Part shown: piece after piece, positions 54,868 to 64,000 of the stretch
Position numbering within the stretch: the first letter of the stretch is position 1
Layout of the letters: the number at the start of each line of letters is the position of its first letter
NCBI GenBank assembly: GCA_001244265.2
Contig: CDLV01000018.1
Span: 186,001 to 250,000, forward strand
Source of the DNA: Microbotryum violaceum
Taxonomy: Eukaryota
Direction: 5' to 3'
DNA: 64,000 nucleotides
The notes under the pieces: generated by a model
Seen by the model: only the letters and a program-made list of their open reading frames with translations
The model's database searches: none
Told to the model about the DNA's origin: nothing
Translations under genes and position numbers: made by a program

Positions 54868-56562
54868 ATGCGCTCAATCCCAACTCGACAACTCGAACGA
54901 GTTCACGCCACAAGTTACCGCAACGGCGCCCTCGAAACCATGACAATCAAAAAGATTCGACAACGCCTGGACGAGGATCACGGTTGGACTTGCGAGGACG
55001 AGGAATGGAAGGAACTCAAGGGGGATATCAAGGAGTGGTGGGCTCAGCAAGACGTGGTTAGTGTTTCGGAGGACTTGGTGTCTCATTGGTTTGGAGGTTG
55101 GGGTGTGTACTTATGACTTGAATCATGGGTGGATCCACACACCACACAGCCTACGACGAGTCCCGCAAGCTCGCCGGTCAAGAAGTCCATGCGGAAGAAG
55201 GGGACAACAGCCAAAGCGAAGGTTAACACAAGTGATGATGAAGAAGACGAGCAAGAAGTGGAGCCACCAACAAAGAAGTCGAAAACCAGGGCTTCGACCA
55301 AGTACGACCGAGCAGCGAACAAGAACCTCAATGTTAGTCCGAATGTCGTTCAAAGCAGCGCGACGCGACGCGTCATTTCTGCCTTGTGGTCACGAGCTGA
55401 AGACGGTCATTTTCCGTACAGACATTTGTGGGGGCCGTCTTTGGTGCTAAAGTTGCACTTGGTGATACGGATGATGAGGATGATGAGGTGGACGAGGACG
55501 AGGATGATATGGATGACTTTATTGAACCTGAGGAAGGGCTGCTCGGCCGACCCGACATCGGAGGCAGCGGTTCGGACGATGACGACAACACCGCATCCGA
55601 AAGTTCAACACGTCCTGCTCAGTCCAAGTCGGGCAAATCTGCATCTCGTAAAGCTAACTCGGAGGTTCAGTCGAAGAAGGCGTCCAAGAAGAGTTCAACA
55701 TCGACCAGTTTCAAGTCGGCCGAGATGATCGACGATTCGGACGATTCGAGTGCTCCGCCTCGGAAACAACGACGGGCTGTCGCTAGCGATGCAGAGGATG
55801 GCGAGGAAAAGCCTCGGAAGAAGAAGAAGAGGGCTTCGGAAAAGTTGAGTTCGAAGAGCAAGACTGGCTCCGCGAAAGAGAAAGGGATGACATTGAAGAA
55901 GTCTTTGGTTAGTGGGCCAGCGCCGAAGGAAGGTGATGCAGAGAAGGGGACGGACGAAGAAGAAGCGAGGATCAAGAAACTCAAGGTCAGTCTCGCTTCC
56001 AACTTCAAAAAGTCTGAGAAGCCCCACGACTGATTTGGGCAAGCGTCGAACATAGGGCTTGGTCGCTGCCTCAGGGACGGCTCGGCCTTTCAATGCCTCG
56101 ACTGGAGCGGAGCGGACATTATCGGTCAAGGCGAGGATGTATCTTTTGGAAGGGCTTTTGAGAGAGGCAGGGCTCAAGTGCGGCAGTGGGCTCCGTGGGA
56201 TGTTGCCGAGCTTGGCCCATGCGAAGAAAGTTGGCGAGAAGAGGGAGTTGATGAGGGAGATGGAGGTGAGTGCTTTGAAATGCTCTCTCGACCATTGCTA
56301 GTGCAGGTCGTTACATGATATATCCTATGTCCAACCTGATCCAACCTCCTTTCTTCGCCCGCTGTACAGGAACTCTCTGGCGCCCCCATCTTGACCGGGC
56401 TCCGAACGGGGAAAAAGCTGCCCGCTGGAGCTGCAGATGATGACGATGACGATACCAGGAGTGGTAGTGAAACTGAGGGCGAAGGCAAATCCATTGCTCC
56501 AAAACGCAAGTTCGGCGCTTTTCTCGGCGATCAGAGTAGCGATTCGGATTGAGGAGATGGGA
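54868..56562 (+). CDS. Acidic/basic nuclear protein, DEK-C/HIRIP3-like putative chromatin factor (multi-exon)
   Basis: N-terminal MTIKKIRQRLDEDHGW helical motif, D/E- and K-rich linker, C-terminal EARIKKLK...AKKVGEKRELMREME...FLGDQSSDSD-stop. Confidence 0.6.
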
Positions 56563-56934
56563 GGGAGGCACTTCTCGCTGGGTCAGGCGTGGACGGCCGG
56601 GACAGGGGTGCGACAACAGGCGCCGAGTCGTACTGTATTGTTGTTGCCATGATACATTGCGTTTTCTTTTGCGTTTGAACGCATGGAAAGGGCATGCTCG
56701 GTCGCAAAAGTCTAAAAAAAAGCTTTCAGTTGTGCACTTGTTACCTTCACTCCGGCCGCTTAACGCCGCTTCAAGGTGCTGCGAAGGATCGCGTTCTGTT
56801 CGAGTCGCGTGGCGCGGTTGGCAAGTGGTTGGCACCTAACAGTCGCTATCGACGGTCAGCGTGTAACCCCGGCGCCCTTCAACTGTAGCCCTTGCTGTTC
56901 TACTCGTTCTTTGTTTTCAGCCTTCGCAGCCTGT

Positions 56935-59161
56935 ATGGTGTCGTACCCGCCCCACAGTACCAGTACGACCACTCCGAGCACTCCGACCATCTCCATCACC
57001 TCGCCCGGCCAGAACACCGCCGCGTCTTTGGCCTCCACGTCTCGGTCCCAGACTCGCCACGACGCCAGCCCCGTCCGCACCCGGACCAAGGGCGACTACC
57101 AGGCCACTGGCACCGAGGAAGATCACGAAGGAGACGGCAACGAGCACGACCACGAGCACGACCACGCCGGTGCAGGCCAAGAAGACGACTTTGATCTCGA
57201 GATGAACCTCGCACGAGGCGCGCTCAACGGCCGGCACAACAACGGCCGACTCGGACACCCGGGCGCTTCATCCTCGCCAGGATCCCATCCGTTTCGCGCG
57301 CTCACACCCAAACGCATTGCCATCATCGCTGGATCGTTGCTGCTTCTCATCTTTTGGTTCGGCAAGGGGACAGGGACGGGGTCTTTCCCCGGCGTAGACG
57401 AGGCCGCGCACAACCACGCCTCGACCGACCTCATCACGACTCCTAACGGTGGTGACGACAACAAGGTCGACGACATTGAACCCAACCTTCCCCCTGAATC
57501 ACCTCAAAAGCGACCCTCGAAAGGCTCGAGTCGGTGCACCCCTCCACCAGGGAAGAAGGCGACCTCGTACGCGCTCATGATCGATGCCGGCTCGACCGGC
57601 TCGCGCATGCACGTCTACACGTTTTCGCTGTGCGATCCTTTGCCCCACGCTGTTCCCAAACTTGAGCATGAGGGCTTTTACACTACCAAACCAGGGCTGT
57701 CGTCGTACGCGGGTCGACCCCAGGACGCGGCTGAATCTCTGCGTGGGTTGATGGACCATGCCGTTGCGGAAGTACCCCCGTCCGAACGGAGCTGCACCCC
57801 CGTCGCGGTCAAAGCTACAGCTGGATTGCGGTTGTTGGGAGAGAGGGAAAGCAATGAGATCTTGCGGGAGGTTGAAAGGTGGATGAGGAAGGAGTTCCCC
57901 TTCTCGGTTGTTGATGATGGAGTCGTCATCATGGATGGGCGAGATGAAGGTCTGTTGCTGGCTCTGTCTGCTTTAACGTTCCGGGTGGCACGGGAAGCTG
58001 ATTTCTCTACAATGGTCCTTGCCAGGTGTTTATGCTTGGATCACGATCAACTCGGTGGGTGCCTCGACACTTATTTGCTCTTCTCGTCATACTCACTTTG
58101 CTCGTTCCAATCTCTCCCCAGCTGCTTGGCCTGATCGGGCCCAAGACGGTCAACCCCGCCGGCTCAGCGGCCATCATGGACCTGGGTGGTGCATCGACGC
58201 AGATCGTCTTTGAGCCGACATTCGGTCCCGCGTCAAAGCAAAAGCTCGCACCGGGGGACCACGTCTACGACCTCGACTTTGCCGGCCAGCCCCACACCTT
58301 GTACCAGCACTCGCATCTTGGCTACGGTCTGATGCAGGCCCGTCGCGCCGTGCACAACCTCGTCGCATTCTCCTACGTGTGGTTGTCGGCACCCACGGGA
58401 AGAGCGATTGAGTGGGACGATTTGACCGAGAAGACGAGGATCCCGAACCCTTGTATGTTCAAGGGCGAGACCAAGGTCGTCAAGCTCGATCCGCCGGGTC
58501 GGAAGGAGGTCCATGTCACGATGGTTGGGACAGGGGCTGGGTTCGAGGCATGTCGTCGCGTGGTCGATGTTATGATTGCTAAGGATGCGGCTTGCGTAGA
58601 ACCTCCTTGTGCTTTTGCTGGGGTGTACCAGCCCGCGCTTAGGGAGGTCTTTGCTGCCGGCAAGGTGTGGGCGTGAGTCTTCGTCTTCTCAGGGTCGTGT
58701 CTGTGTCGTGAGACAATTTCTGACGTTTTTGTGTAAATCTTTTTCAGACTGTCGTACTTTTACGATCGCATCGCCCCTCTTGGCCTCGCTTCCCCTTTCG
58801 CCATCTCGGACCTGCGCAAACTAACTTCGGACGTGTGCTCCGGTCGAGAATCCCCCACATGGTCACGTTTCAAGGGCAATCCCGAGGCCAAGTCGGAACT
58901 CGATGGTCGACCCGAGTACTGCCTCGATTTGACGTTCATGTACTCGCTCTTGTCGTTGGGGTACGAGCTCGAGGATGAACGGCAGGTTTGGATCGGGAAG
59001 AAGGTCGGCGAGATTGAATTGGGATGGTGAGTCGTGGGGAAAATATCGTGCAGATCTGTGATTTTGTCGAACTGACGATATCGTGTTCGATATTTCTGCT
59101 CAGGGCTTTGGGTGCGGCTTTGGCGATGGCCCAGGGGAGTCTCAAATGCCGTGCCGACTGA
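56935..59161 (+). CDS. GDA1: Golgi guanosine diphosphatase (GDA1/CD39 apyrase family)
   Basis: Single N-terminal TM segment. Apyrase conserved regions IDAGSTGSR, KATAGLRLL, IMDGRDEG, DLGGASTQ, GW/ALGA. Confidence 0.93.
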
Positions 59162-59996
59162 ACGGTCCACTACCAGCCAGGTGGTATGACGACTCTTACG
59201 TGTTATAAAGAGCCGTACAACGTGGGCCAAGGGCTTATGAACATATCTTGATGTTCGTGTCTTTTCTATATAACCGTTGCTGCAATCCATAGAAGTTGTC
59301 TTGTCGTCCGTCTCCCTTTGTCTGTGAACGGTGACAGGAATATGGGCGCGATTGAGGTTCGATCGTAAATTAAGTCACGTGAGCCGAACGAAGTCGCGTC
59401 GAGGGTGAGTGACGCCCCCCGATGCTTTAGAACCAATGGGACCAGATAGGTGAGGAATCTACATGGAAAGAAGCGTGGACTTTGGATTCGTGCATTGACC
59501 CCTTCCCAAGCGAGCTCCCAGGGCCCAGGGCCCAGCTCCGCCGGTACCCCTTTCTAGCTCATTTCGTCATTCGATCGAGATTCCGATACTCATAGGGTTT
59601 GGGATCAAAAAGTCATAGTTCAACGGTACAATTTAAAGATTTGTTTGCTGGCGAACCTCGTCAGGATGACGGTGTTCCGGCAACGACACAAAAATTCCGG
59701 GTATAGCCGTACCTGCACAGGCCCTCCGGAGGGAGTCGAGCCGGGTCGAGACCTCGTGCCTGGCTAGTTTACAACAGTTACGTGACCGACCCAGAGTACT
59801 AACGCTACTTCACCGTAGCATGGATCGACGCGTCCGCTGAGCCAGGCTGAGCCTCCTTTTCCGAAGCACATCAGCAAGCAGCGCGCAAGACCGCGCCGTC
59901 TGTCGCACCCTCAGTCACGCCTGACTAGCGCCGCGACACACGGTCGACGATCTTCTTGCACCCCGGAGCCCATCTCCCTACGACGACCCGGGGGGA

Positions 59997-62900
59997 ATGG
60001 CCCACGACGTGCGGAACTTGCCTTTATACTTGTCAAAAGCGACAACGCGCAGCCTCCACGACCGCGACGACGACGAGCACCGCGACCGCGACCGCGACCA
60101 GGCAGTCCGTGCTGGTTACGCCGAGGACGACGACAGTGCCGATACAGCTAACTACAGCCACGGACTTGCGCTTCGATCGTCGAGTCCACATCGACTGTCG
60201 TTCCCACAGAGCGTTCGCTCGTTCGCCACTGTAACTACTACGAATCATCACGGATCATTGTGCGCTCCTTCACCCCCACCTCCGCTGCCGATCAGTGGGC
60301 CTTCTCAATCGACGAACTTCGCCAGCAGCGGCGGCGCGAGCGACGCGGCCGGCGCGAACGACGGCGACGCCTACCACGCCCACCAGCACCCTTACGCCCA
60401 AACCCACGCCTACGCGTCGCTGCCACCTCCATCGGCATCCTTGACAGGCGCGGCGAAAGCGAGAGCGATCGGAGCTGCTGCAAGGGCAGAGAGCTCGAAG
60501 ATACGACCCGATCTACCCCGTTCAAGCTCGACTTCGACGATTCGAGCAGGTGTCGAGCAACACGGCGGCGCCTCCCGAGGTGAATCGACCTCGGCTTCGT
60601 CCTTCTCTCCGAGACAGGGGGCCAGCAGCAACGCTGAGCTTCCTCCACATACCACGATGGCGGGTTCGCACTCGACCACAGCGGCACCATCTTATTCGAA
60701 GGTCGATCCGAACCTGATATCAGCCTTGTCCTTGGCACCCAACCTTCATGACGAGGGCTCCCAAAGCTCCCTTCCGCCTTTCCCGCCGCGATCGCTTTCG
60801 GGCTCGCTGCGGCATTGTGCCGATCAACCCGGAACTATACACCCCAGCCAACAATCTCGATCGTGTCCGCCATCGAGCAGTTCTTCTCCTCTACAGTCCC
60901 ACGAAGCTGTCTTCGCTTCGCCTTCGCCGTCCCCACCCTTGACCTCCCTTTCGCCACCGACGCCACAACGTGCCGAGCGGTTTCGCCATGCCTCGTCTCC
61001 CCAAACCTCGCATGCAACGTCAGGCTCGTCGATCTCCTCGGCATCCTCGTTTCTCGCCAGTTCAACCAATACTTTCCAGTCGATCGGCGCCAAGCTGCAG
61101 TCGGCTAAGTTCAAGGATCGCTTCCACGCCGTCGGCGAGCAGGCCAAAGAATGGAGCGGCAAGGGTAAGGGCAAAATCGCCGACGCATGGGTACGCAAAG
61201 CCGCGAACGGGATCAACCAAATCACAACTGCTTCGAATATCAACTCTCGCTCGACGCCACCCCTCGTCGTGGACAATCGACCGGATTCGGCCCAAAGCGG
61301 TGGCTCGTTCCTCGAACCCATGGGCACATATCGATCCAACTCGGCGAGTGGGACGGACTTTAGAGCGCCATCGCCCAGTCATTCCTTGGACGGAAATAGT
61401 GACTCCTCATTGTTCTCTGGGATCAGGCTCCCTTGCTTGATCCTCGGTGTACGCGTGCCGAGACGTTCGGGCATGGCGTTTGGGATCAAGCTTGATCGTG
61501 CAGTGCAGCTCTCGTCGGTCACGTTGAGTGACGTGCATCGTAAGCGTGATGAGGATCCCATCACGGGGGACGAGGCCAAGAGTTGGTTACCGGCTGTCGC
61601 GTATCGGTGTTTGCAGTATCTCGAGGAGTGGGGCAAGAAAGAAGAGGGGATCTATCGGTGAGTTTTGAACGGTCGTCTAGGCATTCGGGTTCCGCAACTG
61701 AATTCTGGGATGATGCGCCTGCATCAGGATACCGGGGAGAAGCAACATGATCAACCAACTTCGAGCACTGTTTGACGCAGGTATGGACAAGGACCTGAGA
61801 GAGATTCATCCCGGTGATCTCGACCCCCATGGTCAGTTCGTGCAAGCCTATCGAACAATGTTCAATTTGAAATAGCTGATCCCGTTGGACAATTGGAGAT
61901 GCCGACAGCTGTTGCATCGTTGTTCAAACTCTGGCTTCGGGAGCGTGCGTTGTGCTTCTGGCTACGCCTTATTGCGACATGAGAACCATCTGACACGTAC
62001 TTCTGAAAATTCTGGCCCTCACAGTTCCCGAGTCCCTGATATCGTCACAATTGGAAGCGGCAGTTGACATGCTCACACAGGAAGCGATCGGCTACTCCGC
62101 ATCGTCGTCCAACTTTTTGTACCAGCAGCAAGCTCCACCTACCACGGGAGGGCTCATCGATGGTCGTGCGCCGAAACCTTACCTCGAGAAACTGCGCGAG
62201 CTGTTCGGCAACGGCATGCCCGCAGAACACTTTTACCTCTTACGAGGTTTGTCGTAGGTGTTACTGTAGGCCGTTTCGCCTCTTGTGTAGCGAAGCTGAC
62301 GCACTTCGGAATCGTACCCAGGTACCACTTGGCTCGCTTGTCGTCATACTCGTCGACAAACAAAATGACGCTCAGCAATCTGCGACTGATACTCTCCCCG
62401 ACGTTTCGACTCTCTCCCGTTTTTGTGCAAGTACTCGTCGAGGACCGCGAGATCATCTTTGGTCGCATGAATGAGGATGCCCGACTGCGCGACCAAGGCT
62501 TCGTTTCGCCGACGATTCAGTCGCCCATCCTCGGTCCGGCCCACTCGCCGACGTCACCTCCTCTCCTGTCCTCTCCTAAGATGGAGCATACCGGTACGTC
62601 GTGGCTATATTACCGAAGCTCTCGTCGAGCGTTGCTAATTCGGTCCCTTTCTCTGCACACAGAATCATCACAGCCCCACGCTCACAGGTCCTCTTCGCCT
62701 TCGTCGACCCCACCGACTTCCCCATTTTTTTCCGCTGAGCCCATTTTCGCTGCTCCCACTCCACCGACCCTGCCTTTCCGGACACCGATAGCAGAGCGAT
62801 TCGCTCAATATAGAGTCTTACCAATGCCCGAGGAAGCCTCGTCGGTGCCTTCGCCCAAAGCCGTGTCGTGCGACTTACCAAGCTTAACGCCGAACGGCTT

Positions 62901-63234
62901 CTCCTCCGGACCGGCGTTTAACTCTTCCAATCCCGCATTCCTCCCCAGTCGGAACGTCGTCAATGGCGGTGGCTTCTTCGGTGGTAGCAGAGATAAGGGG
63001 CATAGCGCCTCGCTCTCGAGTGGCGGCGCGTCGACGAGAAAGAACTCGACCGATTCGGGCCGATCGAACGGCTCGTCGATTGTCTCGAGATCCGATACGA
63101 GCGAGGGCAAGACGCAGGACTTTCAACTGAATCTTCCTCAGGGATTCGGCTTGGGCCTTTCTGTACCGTCGGTTTCCTCAGGAAAGGATGACGAGGATCC
63201 TTGGGGCTTGATGCGCTCGGTCGAAAAAACGTGA
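59997..63234 (+). CDS. Rho GTPase-activating protein (multi-exon)
   Basis: AFGIKL...LPAVAYRCLQYLEEWGKKEEGIYR/IPG, AVASLFKLWLRE, NKMTLSNLRLILSPT, with low-complexity flanks. Confidence 0.88.
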
Positions 63235-63545
63235 TTCCCACTATGCCTCAGTCCCTTCAAGCCTATCTCGCGCTCATGCATACTGTGGCGGAATACTTAA
63301 AGGACCCCACTTATTCCTCTTGACTTCATTGTTCCTTTATCCATCCGTAACATCAGTCTTCGCTCTCACTCGCATCTATTTGTTTGTTTGTCTTCCGCTC
63401 GTCTCGCCATCGTCCTTCGCTCGCATCACGTAGTCAACCCTCAATACCCCCTCCACCTTCTTTTTTTATGGATTCCAATAACAGTATAATTGCATTCTTA
63501 CCTAGAAACCTTTGGAAAAGTCGGACGGATACCCCTCTCAACTAT

Positions 63546-64000
63546 TGTCAGAAGTGGAGTCTGTGAGCCTAATAGTTCATTGCTAACAGTCTTGGTTATC
63601 CTTATTCTGCGCGCGCTCCTATCTCTGTCTTTGCGTCTTCTGTCCTTTTGGGTTCCTCCTCCACGCTATTCTCATCATCTCACTCGTGTATCCCGGAGCT
63701 GATTCGTGGAGTACCTCTTAGTCCCTGCCCGTCAAAGGTTATAAGCTCAGCGAGCGAATCCGACTTCCCTATCGGGTCAGGCAATCGCTTGTACCTTAAG
63801 GACACTCAAGGGTACAAGAGCCTGGTCACAATGTGCGTTCATCAACCCTCGAGCTGACAAGTTATGTATGCTGTCAACCAATCTATCGACTCCCTTACCG
63901 CGGACTATCCCACGCTCATCACCGCCAGGCTGCAACTTTGCGTTCGTCGCGGCCGTCGAACCAGACACCCCCGGCTCGAAGGTTAATATGTGACCAGCTC
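63546..64000 (+). mobile_element. Possible 5' LTR (63546..63734) and start of an LTR retrotransposon, copia-like
   Basis: TGTCAG...CGTCA followed by AAGGTTATAAGCTC, resembling the GGTTATGAGCCC-type PBS of fungal copia elements. Shares CGCGCGCTCCTA with the solo LTR at 17504..17706 (minus strand). Confidence 0.45.

Overview
Intron-rich eukaryotic (fungal) genomic DNA. Gene content and intron style point to a basidiomycete, probably Microbotryomycetes/Microbotryum-like (inference). Housekeeping genes occupy both flanks: MOB1, a PriB-like Zn2Cys6 factor, RIO1, GPI14/PIG-M, TRS130/TRAPPC10, NFS1, a DNMT1-type C5 DNA methyltransferase, a Nup2/Nup50-like nucleoporin, a DUF4449-type protein, GDA1 and a RhoGAP. 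Between ~7.5 and ~25.5 kb is a nest of transposable elements: a TIR-bounded DUF6589-like element, two L1/Tx1-type LINE fragments, a solo LTR and a Helitron fragment fused to an HD-domain fragment. The most notable object is a scrambled, spliced gene of roughly 1,800 codons (15854..~23806). It joins an N-terminal XPG/FEN1-type PIN nuclease to a C-terminal Fanzor/TnpB-type RuvC plus Zn-finger domain. It reads through only after removing a LINE from intron 1 and flipping two internal inversions. It is followed by a hairpin-rich non-coding segment (candidate omega-RNA) and a repeat-rich, possibly CACTA-like end. Several conserved genes carry single-base homopolymer deletions, so some frameshifts are probably assembly errors. 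All assignments rest on motif recognition by eye; no database searches were run.
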